Below are positions 29,121 through 39,878 of a stretch of DNA of 64,000 bases, one piece after another. Both the position numbers and the translations under genes were made by a program. Source of the stretch: Candidatus Babeliales bacterium (GTDB lineage Bacteria > Babelota > Babeliae > Babelales > JANWKD01); the NCBI GenBank assembly GCA_963722255.1, contig CAVRJO010000002.1:64001-128000 (forward strand), given 5' to 3'. Positions within the stretch are counted from its first letter, which is position 1; the number at the start of each line of letters is the position of its first letter. The notes below the pieces were generated by a model. That model was given only the letters and a program-made list of their open reading frames with translations. It was not told where the DNA came from and searched no databases.

Positions 29121-29735
29121 TTATGAAAAAAATCCCATCGCTTCTAATGCTTCACGCAATTCAAAAATGGGAAGCCCTAATGAAGCACCATACGAACCAT
29201 TAAGTGATACAAGAAATTGAGCGCCATAAGTCTCTACCGTAAGAGCACCTGCAATTGATAAAAATTCCGGATAGTTTTCACAATAAATCTCAATCCAGTG
29301 ATCAGCGATATCGAGCTTATAGGTAGCACTGGCAAATTTTAAAACTCTTTGCAGAACTGTCCATTTTCCTTGCAAATACTGTTTTTTATCTAAGCAGAAT
29401 GCGGTTCCAACAGAACCGGGATTATCTCGCAAAGATTTAATATAGGCAATACCAGATGCTTTATCTTTTGGTTTGCCATATATGTTACCTGAACCATCCT
29501 GCACCATCGTATCAACTGTCACTACAAAAGCATAAGCTCCTTGCACAGCTTCAGGCATTACAACATGATTCATTTTATGCACTGCAATTGATTCTAAAAG
29601 CTGGGGGAAAGGCAAGCCATAATCACATTGTGTTTCATCAGCATCTTGCTCAATAATTTTAAAGGGAATTTGTGCTTCTGAAAGCAATCGACGACGTTGA
29701 ACAGATTTTGTGCCTACAAGAAGTATATGAGACAT
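29121..29735 (-). CDS. maf: Maf-family protein (copy 2)
   Basis: SVQRRRLL, TVDT, YGKP, LNGSYGASLGLP; paralog of 25406-26014. Confidence 0.85.
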   Translation of the reverse strand: MSHILLVGTKSVQRRRLLSEAQIPFKIIEQDADETQCDYGLPFPQLLESIAVHKMNHVVMPEAVQGAYAFVVTVDTMVQDGSGNIYGKPKDKASGIAYIKSLRDNPGSVGTAFCLDKKQYLQGKWTVLQRVLKFASATYKLDIADHWIEIYCENYPEFLSIAGALTVETYGAQFLVSLNGSYGASLGLPIFELREALEAMGFFS

Positions 29736-29874
29736 GCAAATTCCTTTAACCAAAAAAAAAGTCACCTATATTTAATAAGTGACTTTAACGTAACTTTTGC
29801 TAGAACCTAACTTCATCGAGCAAGTTTTCGCTTTTTTCTATAAGCTTAATTTATTATTTCAAATCATCTTAAAT

Positions 29875-29908
29875 GGCCGTGCCAGGCGTAGCTCGTAAGA
29901 GCGAAGAC
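29875..29908 (-). repeat. REP-like GC-rich element abutting the tRNA 3' end
   Basis: GTCTTCGCTC-TTAC-GAGCTACGCCTGGCACGGCC immediately after CCA. Confidence 0.45.
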
Positions 29909-29983
29909 TGGCTGGGGCGGAAGGATTCGAACCTCCGAATGCCAGGACCAAAACCTGGTGCCTTACCGCTTGGCGACGCCCCA
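29909..29983 (-). tRNA. tRNA-Gln (anticodon TTG)
   Basis: TGGGGCGTCGCCAAGCGGTAAGGC-ACCAGGTT-TTG-GTCCTGG-CATTCGGAGGTTCGAATCCTTCCGCCCCAGCCA. Confidence 0.97.
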
Positions 29984-30009
29984 ACATACTTTACTAATTT
30001 TTTTTACTA

Positions 30010-30300
30010 CTACTCTTCAGATTCTTCACTTGACGAGAAACCCATCTTTTCTGCCTTATTATATTCTCCAATTATTGCTTCCTCAATCATCTTTCGGGTT
30101 TCAGCATTCAGAGGATGTACTATATCCCTAAATGAACCATCTTTGCGTCGGCGTGAGGGCATAGATACAAATAAGCCTTTCTCACCTTCGATAACTTTAA
30201 GGTCACGAACAATAAAAACATCATCGAAAATTATTGTTGCGTACGCTTTAAGTCTGCCATTTTCCTTAGCCGGATAAACTTTTACCTCTGTTATTTTCAT
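30010..30300 (-). CDS. spoVG: Septation regulator SpoVG
   Basis: MKITEVKV...LKAYATIIFDD.F...GLFVSMPS...DIVHPLN. Confidence 0.95.
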   Translation of the reverse strand: MKITEVKVYPAKENGRLKAYATIIFDDVFIVRDLKVIEGEKGLFVSMPSRRRKDGSFRDIVHPLNAETRKMIEEAIIGEYNKAEKMGFSSSEESEE

Positions 30301-30399
30301 CTGAGTGCCCTTAGCATAATCTTTACTATCTCATTTCAGAGGCTTGATACATAATATCAAACAACTCAAAAACTAATTTACCGATTGCTTCCTATTTTG

Positions 30400-31308
30400 T
30401 CAAACTATTTCTGACTTTTTTAATTGCGCTACACGAAGTTTTGCTGAACGCGAAGAAGGGTTTAAACGTACTTCTTCTTGACTTGCTTGTATAACATTCG
30501 GTGTGATAATTTCAAGTATCGGTTGTTCAACAATATGTTGTTTAAAAAAGTTTTTTACAATACGATCTTCAAGTGAATGAAAACTTATACACGCTAATCT
30601 TCCCTCGGGATTTAAAATTCGTAAACTTGCAATCAAAAATGAGTGTATATTTTCAATTTCTTTATTAACATACATTCTTAATGCCTGAAATACTTGGGTT
30701 GCCGGATGAATTTTTTTTGCACCGCGTGGTACGATTCGCTCAACTATTTGCGCTAATTGTCTCGTTGTTACAATACTATTTTTTGTTCTTTCTTGCACAA
30801 TGGCGCGCGCAATTTTCCTTGCGCGCGATTCTTGCCCTAAATCTCTAAAAATCTCAAACAGCTTATTCTCAGTTGCTTTATTAACTACTTCTGCTGCTGT
30901 TACTTTTTGATGCGCAGGAGACATTCGCATATCAAGCGGGGTATCATTATTAAATGAAAAACCGGATCGTTCTAATAATTGATATTGCGACGTACCAAAA
31001 TCCGCCAAAATTCCATCAACAGGACCAAGGCCTTCTTTTTTCAACCGCCTATCAACTTGAGAAAAGTTTCCCCATAAAAGTATCAGTCTTCCCGGAAATT
31101 CATCTTGTAGAGGGTATCCATTTTTTTCAAGCGCTACACTATCCCAATCAAGTGCAATAACAGTGCAATGCGCCTCACGCTCTAGAAGAGCTCTCGTATG
31201 CCCACCTCCACCAAAAGTAACATCAAGATATACTTTTCCAGGCTGAGGATTTAAATAGGTTAAAACTTCTTCTACCAATACAGGTTTATGATATACCACA
31301 AGCATCAT
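30400..31308 (-). CDS. rsmH: 16S rRNA m4C1402 methyltransferase
   Basis: HKPVL, DVTFGGGGH, PLDMRM, ISFHSLEDR, RSAKLR. Confidence 0.96.
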   Translation of the reverse strand: MMLVVYHKPVLVEEVLTYLNPQPGKVYLDVTFGGGGHTRALLEREAHCTVIALDWDSVALEKNGYPLQDEFPGRLILLWGNFSQVDRRLKKEGLGPVDGILADFGTSQYQLLERSGFSFNNDTPLDMRMSPAHQKVTAAEVVNKATENKLFEIFRDLGQESRARKIARAIVQERTKNSIVTTRQLAQIVERIVPRGAKKIHPATQVFQALRMYVNKEIENIHSFLIASLRILNPEGRLACISFHSLEDRIVKNFFKQHIVEQPILEIITPNVIQASQEEVRLNPSSRSAKLRVAQLKKSEIV

Positions 31309-32698
31309 TTGATTTGGTCAATGTAGTTACTAAATTATCAAGTCCCATCACCCGAGATCCTTTGACCAAAATAAGAGAATCGTTCGGTAGTCTTGTTTCT
31401 AGTAGTTTAGCGGCTTCTTGCCAATTTGCAACATGATCAATAGCCAAACTTACCGGAATTGTCTTTTTTGTCCATTCTACTAACGATCCTACCAAGATAA
31501 CACGACCTAGAGAAGGAACCTTACGCAAAAATCTTCCCAATTGGCGATGCCAGAAGGGGCTGTTAATACCTAGTTCACCCATATCACCCAATATAGCGAT
31601 CTTTTGAGCAGATGTTTCAATTTTTTGTAGCGCAAGAAGAGCAGCTTTCATACTTTCAGGACTCGCATTATAACAATCATTAATCATTATGCCATTACCA
31701 TTTTTTAATGGACGATGCTCAAAACGGCCTGCAACAACCACGGGCATTTGTATTGCTGTGATTATTGCTTGTGCAGGCACTTTAAGCATATAAGCAAGCG
31801 CTACGGCTGCAAGTGTATTGTAAACAGCACCATTATGATTTGTTTTTAGCGAGATTTTATATTTTTGACCGTATAACTTTAAAATAAATGAAACACAATC
31901 ACTTCCTTGCTTGATCTTACGAGCTTGAATTTGATTGGTTGTTTTTGATCCAAATTTTACAACGGGATGAGAATATGAAACATGTGCAAGCAATGGTTGG
32001 TCGCCATTAATAATACCAATATTGTCTTCCTTAAAAAGAGAAAATATATCTCGCTTCTCAGTAGCAATATCAGAAATAGAACCAATACCTTCCATATGGG
32101 CATGGCCAATACATGTTATAAGACCTATGGTTGGTTGAGCTATTGCAACCAGTTCTTTCATTTCGCCACGTTTATTAATACCAAGCTCAAAGATTGCCAT
32201 TTCATGGTCTTCTCGCATACTAAGGATACTTAGAGCCAAGCCCAAAACCGTATTATGGTTTCCAGCAGAAGCTGCAAATCGTTTGCCACAACTATCTAAA
32301 ATATTACATAGCATTTCTTTAGTTGTAGTTTTTCCTACTGAACCTGTTATACAAACAACAGGGTATTTAAATTGAGAACGCCATGCTGTTGCAAGTTGAA
32401 TCAATGCAGTATGAGTATCAGGTACAGTAACAATCAACATCGTTGATAGAATTTTATCAGAAATTGTTCCCAAACAACGTTTTTTATTTTCGGTTATTAT
32501 AAGACCGGAAGCACCTTTTTTTACTACTTCATCTATAAATTCGTGTCCATCATGTTGAGCACCCTCAAGTGCAATAAAAATATCACCCTTTTCTATTTTT
32601 CTTGAATCAATACAAAAATTCATATCTTCAGGAAAATTATTTTGCACAATAGCCACTTCCTGCAGTGCGTTTCTAAAAAAATGCTCATCCAAACGCAT
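31286..32698 (-). CDS. murF: UDP-MurNAc-tripeptide D-Ala-D-Ala ligase
   Basis: DSRKI, ITGSVGKTTTKEM, NDCYNASPESM, LGDMGELG, LVKGSR. Confidence 0.95.
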   Translation of the reverse strand: MRLDEHFFRNALQEVAIVQNNFPEDMNFCIDSRKIEKGDIFIALEGAQHDGHEFIDEVVKKGASGLIITENKKRCLGTISDKILSTMLIVTVPDTHTALIQLATAWRSQFKYPVVCITGSVGKTTTKEMLCNILDSCGKRFAASAGNHNTVLGLALSILSMREDHEMAIFELGINKRGEMKELVAIAQPTIGLITCIGHAHMEGIGSISDIATEKRDIFSLFKEDNIGIINGDQPLLAHVSYSHPVVKFGSKTTNQIQARKIKQGSDCVSFILKLYGQKYKISLKTNHNGAVYNTLAAVALAYMLKVPAQAIITAIQMPVVVAGRFEHRPLKNGNGIMINDCYNASPESMKAALLALQKIETSAQKIAILGDMGELGINSPFWHRQLGRFLRKVPSLGRVILVGSLVEWTKKTIPVSLAIDHVANWQEAAKLLETRLPNDSLILVKGSRVMGLDNLVTTLTKSNDACGIS

Positions 32699-32842
32699 TG
32701 ATATTTCTCCGCCTTTTAATGTTAAACAATGTATATATTTTTTTATGACCTATTTGGACTTAATGAAAAAAAAATGTCTGTTTTTTGAACATTTGTCAAG
32801 GAATAAAAAAAAATTTCTTGTCATAGTTATAAAAAATCTTTT

Positions 32843-35158
32843 TTAACGTATCACTTTTCGTGTTTTTCCGCCCGGTTCTTGCATAATGATGCCTTGTGAT
32901 TCTAGTTTGTCAATAATGCGAGCCGATCGATTATAACCAATTCTAAATTTACGCTGCAATAATGATATCGAAACTTCATCAACAGATTGTACAAAACGTA
33001 AGACCTCATGATATAACTGATCATCAACTTCTTCATCCTGTACTTGAGATATAAAGTCTTGAGCAGGATCAATGTAAACAACTTGTTGTTGTGAACGAAT
33101 GTGGCTCACGAGCTTTTCAATTTCTTTATCAGAAACATATGCCCCATGAGCACGTTTTAATGATGATGATGAATCTAAAAAGAGCATGTCACCTTTGCCC
33201 AATAACTTATCAGCACCATTACAATCAAGAATCGTTCGAGAATCAATTTTAGAAGTAACGCGAAAAGAAATACGGCTTGGAAAATTAACTTTTATAAGAC
33301 CTGTTATAACATCCACAGAAGGTCTTTGTGTTGCAACAACCATGTGAATGCCCGCTGCTCGAGCCATTTGCGTTATACGAGCAATCAGATCTTCAGTTTC
33401 CTTAGGTGCAGTCATCATTAAATCAGATAGTTCATCAATCATCACGACAATAAAGGGCATTTCAGGTCTATCCGGTTCCTGCTTTAATAGCTCATGATAA
33501 TCAAAAATATTTCGCACATTTGCTTCTTCCATTAATGCATACCGTTTTTCCATCGTCTTAACAACCCACTTGAGCACAAGTGCTGCTTTGCGAGGATCGG
33601 TAACGATTGGAACTAAAAGATGTGGAATATCCGCATATGATGCAAATTCCAAACGCTTGGGGTCTATTAATATTAACTTTAACGTTTCGGGAGTATGCTT
33701 GCATAATAAACTTACAAGCATCGCATTTAATGCAACAGATTTTCCTGAACCAGTTGATCCAGCTACAAGTAAATGCGGCATAGTTGCTAAATCTACAATA
33801 ACAGTAGATCCTATACTATCTTGCCCGAGAACAAGAGGAAGATGCCCTTCTGAATTTTTAAATTCTGATGATTGCAACACTTGCCCAAGCAATACAGTTC
33901 TACGTTGTTTATTAGAAACTTCAAAACCCACAACTGATCGGCCCGGAATTGGAGCGATAATTCGAATGCTTAATGCTTGTAATGCAAGCGCTAAATCATC
34001 TTCTAAAGCAATGATTTTACTAATTTTAGAATCTATTTCAGGTTGATATTCAAAAAGCGTTATCACGGGCCCAACCTTAATTGAAGTTACTTGTCCTCTA
34101 ATACCAAATCGTTCTAACTTTTCCTCAAGGATGGTAGCCAATATTTTATGGTTATCTTTTATTTCTTGGTTATTTTCAGAATCGGTTCTAAACCATGAAA
34201 CTAAAGGAATCTGATAAAATTTTAGACTCTTTTTTTTTGATTCTTGAATAACTGGAGATGGTCGATTTTCTGAGTGATCCACTGAACTCGCACTAAACGC
34301 TATTTCTTCCTCTGATTTTTCATGATCTACGGCTAAATCATGATTATGAAGTTTCTGAACTTCATGCACAAGATAGGTTTGCCAAAATTTTTCATGACAA
34401 ATATCTTTACTCTCTTCTGTTTCAGCTTCTAGATCTTCAATAATCAGTTCTTGTGCAGTGTGCGTTAATGAAGTGTCATCAAAATACGCAAAACTCTTTT
34501 TAACACACCACAGTATGGGAAACGTACCCCATACTATAACACTTTTAATGAACTGGTACAGCATTGTTGCACCATAGGAAATAAAACCATTCATTATAAG
34601 AAATTGTAACAATGCAATGCCTGCTGTTACAAAAAAAAGGCGCGTAATGATACACAATGAGCTTAAACAAACAACTATTATAAAAACAGTACATAGTAAA
34701 GGATCAAGAAATTGTTGTACCAAGTTTGCAGTATATTTTCCAATAATGCCACCCGGAATTTGAGAAGCAAAAAAATCAAATTGCAAAATATAACTACCTG
34801 CCATACCAGTTACTAGTAAAAAAAACCATGCTATATACTGATCGCAATTATTTTTTATTGGCTGTTGCAGATACCGACAAGACAAACAAAAAATGAGAAA
34901 ACCAAGACAAAGAAAAGATCCAATACCACCAAACAAAAAAATCAGTAGTGACGCAGTATAGGCTCCCCATGCGCCAAACCAATTGTGATACTGTATCGGC
35001 AATAATGTTTTATGCAAAAAAGATACATCATGCGATGAATACGAAAGCAGGCAAAAGAGTAAAAAGAGTGTCAGACTACAAAAGAAAATAAACACACTAT
35101 TTTTTTTTAATCCATACTTTTTTTTTGTTACATTCCTCATAGGTATAAAGTTCACCAT
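32843..35158 (-). CDS. ftsK: DNA translocase FtsK
   Basis: N-terminal TM domain; PHLLVAGSTGSGKS, ATQRPSVDVITG, gamma domain LQRKFRIGYNRSARII. Start uncertain. Confidence 0.95.
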   Translation of the reverse strand: MVNFIPMRNVTKKKYGLKKNSVFIFFCSLTLFLLFCLLSYSSHDVSFLHKTLLPIQYHNWFGAWGAYTASLLIFLFGGIGSFLCLGFLIFCLSCRYLQQPIKNNCDQYIAWFFLLVTGMAGSYILQFDFFASQIPGGIIGKYTANLVQQFLDPLLCTVFIIVVCLSSLCIITRLFFVTAGIALLQFLIMNGFISYGATMLYQFIKSVIVWGTFPILWCVKKSFAYFDDTSLTHTAQELIIEDLEAETEESKDICHEKFWQTYLVHEVQKLHNHDLAVDHEKSEEEIAFSASSVDHSENRPSPVIQESKKKSLKFYQIPLVSWFRTDSENNQEIKDNHKILATILEEKLERFGIRGQVTSIKVGPVITLFEYQPEIDSKISKIIALEDDLALALQALSIRIIAPIPGRSVVGFEVSNKQRRTVLLGQVLQSSEFKNSEGHLPLVLGQDSIGSTVIVDLATMPHLLVAGSTGSGKSVALNAMLVSLLCKHTPETLKLILIDPKRLEFASYADIPHLLVPIVTDPRKAALVLKWVVKTMEKRYALMEEANVRNIFDYHELLKQEPDRPEMPFIVVMIDELSDLMMTAPKETEDLIARITQMARAAGIHMVVATQRPSVDVITGLIKVNFPSRISFRVTSKIDSRTILDCNGADKLLGKGDMLFLDSSSSLKRAHGAYVSDKEIEKLVSHIRSQQQVVYIDPAQDFISQVQDEEVDDQLYHEVLRFVQSVDEVSISLLQRKFRIGYNRSARIIDKLESQGIIMQEPGGKTRKVIR

Positions 35159-35168
35159 CTCTATTCTT

Positions 35169-35957
35169 TCATACAAGCAAAAAACTACCCATCGCTACCA
35201 GTACTAAATACACTGAAAATATCCATTCTCTCTGCTCATGCAACATGCGTTCTACTAACTTCAAAGTACATAACCCACAAACTATTGCTATGATCATAAC
35301 CAATATCACCTTCAGTTGCAATAATTCAACAATTTTATTTTCATGATACAATGAATACGTTCCTTTTAAAAAAGCTGCACATGATATCGGCCACTCAATT
35401 AGAAATGATAGTTGGAAAGATCTTCTCATACTTAACCCCATCCAACGAGCACAGACAAACGTTGAACCCAAACGAGAAATACCTGGTATTAATGCAATTG
35501 ATTGTACAATTCCCAATAACATTGCATTATAACAGTTCCATTCTGCAAAAGGAGGTTTTTTATTGCAATAGTATAAAGAAAAAAGAAGCCCACTTGTTAT
35601 TAAAAATCCGATCCATACCGGTAAAAAGAAAATCTTTTTATAGAACAAAAAATATACCAATACCGTTATGCCATCTGTTATAATACCACGCAAAAAAATC
35701 TTTTTTATAAGAGGAAGTGTACGTGGAAAATTTTGAATAAAAAAACACCAATCATTAAAAAAAAACAGCGCAATAACTAAAGCTATGGGACCATGTAAAA
35801 AAAGATCGATAGCTTCATTGCAAAAATCGGGTAGATCTAATTTTTCAAATATTCTGTGCAACAACTCAAGATGACCGGAGCTGCTAATAGGAAAAGTTTC
35901 AAGAACAATAGAAAAAAATATATACAACATTCCATATAATGACATCATTAGCCTCAT
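35169..35957 (-). CDS. uppP: Undecaprenyl-diphosphate phosphatase (BacA)
   Basis: FPISSSGH, ALIPGISRLGST; multi-TM. Confidence 0.88.
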   Translation of the reverse strand: MRLMMSLYGMLYIFFSIVLETFPISSSGHLELLHRIFEKLDLPDFCNEAIDLFLHGPIALVIALFFFNDWCFFIQNFPRTLPLIKKIFLRGIITDGITVLVYFLFYKKIFFLPVWIGFLITSGLLFSLYYCNKKPPFAEWNCYNAMLLGIVQSIALIPGISRLGSTFVCARWMGLSMRRSFQLSFLIEWPISCAAFLKGTYSLYHENKIVELLQLKVILVMIIAIVCGLCTLKLVERMLHEQREWIFSVYLVLVAMGSFLLV

Positions 35958-36243
35958 CTATTACGTACAAGCTCACTTGTTTAAACAGTATATAGATCTG
36001 CTTCATTAAGTCGATCTATTCTGCAATCAGTTGACGAATGTATGGAAATAAAGTAGCGTTTGATCAAAACAAAAGAGTTATCATTGCCATATCAAAAAAG
36101 ACTACACGTTATAAACGTAGCGAAAGGAGAGGATATAACATAAAAGCAAAGCCAATTGGTGTAGCTCGTACACCCAAATATTATTCGTATTTTTTTAAAT
36201 TTTTTTCAATTCATAGCAATGAATTGTAAAAAGGAGTTAATTT

Positions 36244-37836
36244 ATGAATCACCCGCTTAAAAGATTTTTATGCATTGCATTATTTGCTTCCGTAGCAGTG
36301 ATGTATGCGTCTGATGAAGATTGTTCATCAGCAAAGACTTTTGGGCACACCTTTTTTAGTCAACGTCCTCAATGGTCAAATTTAGCACGAAGATTAGTTG
36401 GTGTAACCGAATTTCTTGTACCCTGTGATATAGATTGCCTAAATGGATTTCTAGCATTTACACCAGAATATACTCGTTCATTTGATCGTGACGAAATTGG
36501 AAAATTCCTCTTCTACAACGGCACTAATAAAATGACGTTTGGTGCTGCTGGAGCAACCGGTGTCGATGTTTTTGCACGAAACTTTTTCCTCAATGATGAT
36601 TTTAATGGCATCTTGACAGCGCTTCCTCGCGTTGAAAATGCCCTATTGGATATTCAATTTAGATTAAACTTAGATGAATGGATTTGTGGACTCTATTTTG
36701 ATATTCATGCACCTATAAACTGGACTCGTTGGAGTGTAAATTTTTCTGAAAATATTGTCTCTATAGGCACAGATATTGCAGCATTTGCTTTAGGAAATAC
36801 CACGGCATTTCCTTCGCCTGTTACGAGTATTTTAGCAGCATATAATGGTCAACAATTAGACACCATAGACTTCCCTGATCTTAAGCAAGTATTGCAGTTT
36901 GGTAGAGTCGATACGTCCGATGCTATGGATAGTCCAACTCCTGAAGCAAGCGGACAACAAACAAAAACACGCTTAGCTGATGTTGAAACCGCGCTTGGAT
37001 ATAACTTCCTTTGTGATGAATCGTATCACTTAGGTGCCGATTTTCGTGTAGTATTTCCTGCAAGCAATCGACCTAATGCTATGTTCTTATTTGAACCCGT
37101 AGCTGGTAATGGAAAACATTATGAAATTGGTGCCGGTGTTTCAGCACATTATGAATTTTGGAACAACTGCTGCGATTCATCTTTCACCGTATGGGCGGAA
37201 ACGAATTTATATACCGTATTAAAAGGTCGTCAACGTCGTATCTTTGATCTTAAGAATGCCGATGGTACACAAAATATTGGAAGTAGTCGTCTTTTAATTA
37301 AAAGATTTTCAGGCGCACCAGCCGCCCCTTTATTGCAAGAGATTCTTTATGGACCAAATGTGCTAGCCTTAAGTTGCAAAGTAAGAAATGCCTTGCATGC
37401 TGAAGCTGCAGTTCTTTTTGATTATTATCGTTGTGGTTTCACACTGGATACCGGTTATAATTTGTGGACTCGGACAGCAGATAAAATTAGCGACATCGAA
37501 ACTATTTTACCAAACACCTTCGGACTTGCCGGTCAAACATTAGGAACCGGTGGAGCTACAGCAAATAATACCGGCAGCACAGCAAAGATTAATGGTACAG
37601 GCGGAACAGCCGATCCAACAAATGTTTATATAAGCAATGATTCACTCTTTATTGACTCTGCGGCTCATCCACGAGCAATTTCACACAAATTTTTTGCACA
37701 TGCAAGTTATGCGTGGGAAAATTGTGACTATACACCATTTTTAGGAATCGGTGGTGAAGCTGAATTTTCGGGCAATAAAAACTTTGCCCTTGACCAGTGG
37801 GGAATTTGGATTAAAGGAGGCTTTGCTTTCTCATAA
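36244..37836 (+). CDS. Cys-rich putative outer-membrane beta-barrel protein (paralog A)
   Basis: AAGGAG RBS, signal peptide, alternating beta-strand pattern, FLFEPVAGNGKH motif, C-terminal WGIWIKGGFAFS. Confidence 0.7.
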   Translation: MNHPLKRFLCIALFASVAVMYASDEDCSSAKTFGHTFFSQRPQWSNLARRLVGVTEFLVPCDIDCLNGFLAFTPEYTRSFDRDEIGKFLFYNGTNKMTFGAAGATGVDVFARNFFLNDDFNGILTALPRVENALLDIQFRLNLDEWICGLYFDIHAPINWTRWSVNFSENIVSIGTDIAAFALGNTTAFPSPVTSILAAYNGQQLDTIDFPDLKQVLQFGRVDTSDAMDSPTPEASGQQTKTRLADVETALGYNFLCDESYHLGADFRVVFPASNRPNAMFLFEPVAGNGKHYEIGAGVSAHYEFWNNCCDSSFTVWAETNLYTVLKGRQRRIFDLKNADGTQNIGSSRLLIKRFSGAPAAPLLQEILYGPNVLALSCKVRNALHAEAAVLFDYYRCGFTLDTGYNLWTRTADKISDIETILPNTFGLAGQTLGTGGATANNTGSTAKINGTGGTADPTNVYISNDSLFIDSAAHPRAISHKFFAHASYAWENCDYTPFLGIGGEAEFSGNKNFALDQWGIWIKGGFAFS

Positions 37837-37868
37837 AAAACAAAAAAAACAAACATATACTTAGTACT

Positions 37869-37894
37869 AAAGGCTCATGATATCATGAGCCTTT
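37869..37894. terminator. Bidirectional terminator (perfect 26-bp palindrome)
   Basis: AAAGGCTCATGATATCATGAGCCTTT between convergent genes. Confidence 0.75.
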
Positions 37895-37918
37895 TTACAT
37901 AGATCCAATAAGGATTTA

Positions 37919-38875
37919 TTATTTTTTGATATTTTTAGAAGCTTTTATAAAATAAAAGTTCAATGCCTGCAGTAGAACTTTTGCTTGAGCATATACAAGG
38001 AGCTCAGGTTTATAAGAAGAATCAGATTTACCAATAATAAATTTTACAGATTTTGTTTCCATAGTCGGATATAAGAAATAGAATGCAGTAACAATTTCCT
38101 GAGCTAAATCTATTTGATTTTGTGATAATGCTTTAGACCCCGGAACATAACGCCATAGTGAACTCTTTGATTGAAAGCTTAGTTCCTCTAACATATTTAT
38201 AAATACTCTAATTCCACTTACAAGAGTTGGGCTTTTAACATCCCCACCAAGAGTTTTTTTTATATTTTTATCATCAATAATAAATTTAAGAATTTCAATT
38301 GGACTCAGTTTATTTTTTGTACTTTTTAATTTTTTAAATTGATTAAAGAAACTATTTGGATCAAAGCTAACTCCTGTTAAACTTTTATACTGAGTAAGAA
38401 CGTCACTAACTGACCTATTTTTCCATTCTTCTGGATAATTATCTTTAGAAATTTGTGGAAGTTTTTTAAAATATTCGCTATATAGAGCAAATATTTTATT
38501 TATTGCTTTATCTATTTGAGCTAGATCTTCAGTTTTGTATAAGTTTTTTGAATAATTTGGCATCATATTTAATGTGTCAATGATGGTTTTCTGAGCTGCT
38601 CTATATGATTTTTGCAGTAAAGGCTGTTTTTTCAAAAAGCCACTCACAAACCAGCTATCAACACATGAGGTTAGATCTAGCCAAGGCTTCATCTCTTTAT
38701 CAGTAAGACTTCTATCTAATCTAAATGCTTCTTTAAAAGCCTCATTCCCTTTACTTAGGATAAAACTATCAAGGTCTTTGCCATCCATATTATTAATCGC
38801 ATCCATAGTTTTTTCATCACAGACACCATGTAATGAATAGAACAAACAACTTATTATCAATAATCTTTTCTTCAT
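37919..38875 (-). CDS. Secreted helical orphan protein (family member 1)
   Basis: Signal peptide ...LHG-VCD; closest to 42145-43143. Confidence 0.8.
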   Translation of the reverse strand: MKKRLLIISCLFYSLHGVCDEKTMDAINNMDGKDLDSFILSKGNEAFKEAFRLDRSLTDKEMKPWLDLTSCVDSWFVSGFLKKQPLLQKSYRAAQKTIIDTLNMMPNYSKNLYKTEDLAQIDKAINKIFALYSEYFKKLPQISKDNYPEEWKNRSVSDVLTQYKSLTGVSFDPNSFFNQFKKLKSTKNKLSPIEILKFIIDDKNIKKTLGGDVKSPTLVSGIRVFINMLEELSFQSKSSLWRYVPGSKALSQNQIDLAQEIVTAFYFLYPTMETKSVKFIIGKSDSSYKPELLVYAQAKVLLQALNFYFIKASKNIKK

Positions 38876-38882
38876 TTTTACC

Positions 38883-39782
38883 TCATTTTTCTAATAAATA
38901 TTGTATGATGGTATATAAACAATTTGATTCAGCATTAATAACAAGCCAAAATTTACTCTTAGATTGTGGAAGCTTAAGATCCATAATTGAAGTAATTGTA
39001 TCAGGATAAGTCCCAATTATTGCTGCTAAAATTTCTTCACTCATGTCTATTTTATTTTGCAATGCACCAGTACCAATACCCAAAAACTTCTTCTTAATAT
39101 CTTCCTTAAATCGATAAATCAAACGCTCAAGCGTATCAGCAAACTGAACAATTTTTTGCTGTGTTATTTTTTCATCTCTATTTTGACCAATAAAACTTTG
39201 ATTTTTCAAAAAATTAATAATTCTATCCTGTGGTAATGAACTAGTTGATGGAAGCTTGTTATAAGAAATATACTGTTTTTTAGTTGCAGCAAAATTCTTA
39301 AAAAACAGATCATAATCTTTCAAAATTTCATTTGCTCTAGAAGGAACCCCTTTTTTCCATTCCTCAGGTTCATTAATATTCTCAATTGCCTTAAGTAAAG
39401 AATCTCTGTGTAATGCTAATAAATTTTCCTTATATCCTAACAAAACACGATTATTCTTTATAATACCTTTATCAACAATATTTTTAATTGCACCACTAAT
39501 TACTGTTAAATTTTTTAAAAGAATTTTGTTATTTTGTTCACTTGATGGCACAGATAAATTGTTATTCACACATGCAATAAAATCAAAAAATGATTCCAAT
39601 TTTTCTTTGAAATTCTGAGACTCTATTGGATGTTTGAAAATCTCAAAATGCTTATTTATTATCGATGTATATAACTCATAAGGGTTTAGTCTATTAATTA
39701 CAGCAACGTCCTTAAACGTACATTCTCCATGAAGAGCAAATGTTCCCAACAAACTACAACATTTTATTATTTTTTTTATCAT
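38883..39782 (-). CDS. Secreted helical orphan protein (member 2)
   Basis: Signal peptide ...LHG-ECT; EPEEWK motif. Confidence 0.8.
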   Translation of the reverse strand: MIKKIIKCCSLLGTFALHGECTFKDVAVINRLNPYELYTSIINKHFEIFKHPIESQNFKEKLESFFDFIACVNNNLSVPSSEQNNKILLKNLTVISGAIKNIVDKGIIKNNRVLLGYKENLLALHRDSLLKAIENINEPEEWKKGVPSRANEILKDYDLFFKNFAATKKQYISYNKLPSTSSLPQDRIINFLKNQSFIGQNRDEKITQQKIVQFADTLERLIYRFKEDIKKKFLGIGTGALQNKIDMSEEILAAIIGTYPDTITSIMDLKLPQSKSKFWLVINAESNCLYTIIQYLLEK

Positions 39783-39878
39783 TTCTTCCCCTGCTATGGC
39801 TTATATTTTTCAAATAGTTTGTACAATTTCCTTTTTTACTACCAATAATTTTGTGAAATCTCTCTTTACACTTAACAA

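Noticed and set aside
29873..30277. 134-aa + strand ORF
   Set aside because: Antisense to tRNA-Gln and spoVG.
36038..36229. 63-aa ORF or structured leader upstream of OMP-A
   Set aside because: No RBS or recognisable riboswitch consensus; only weak hairpins.
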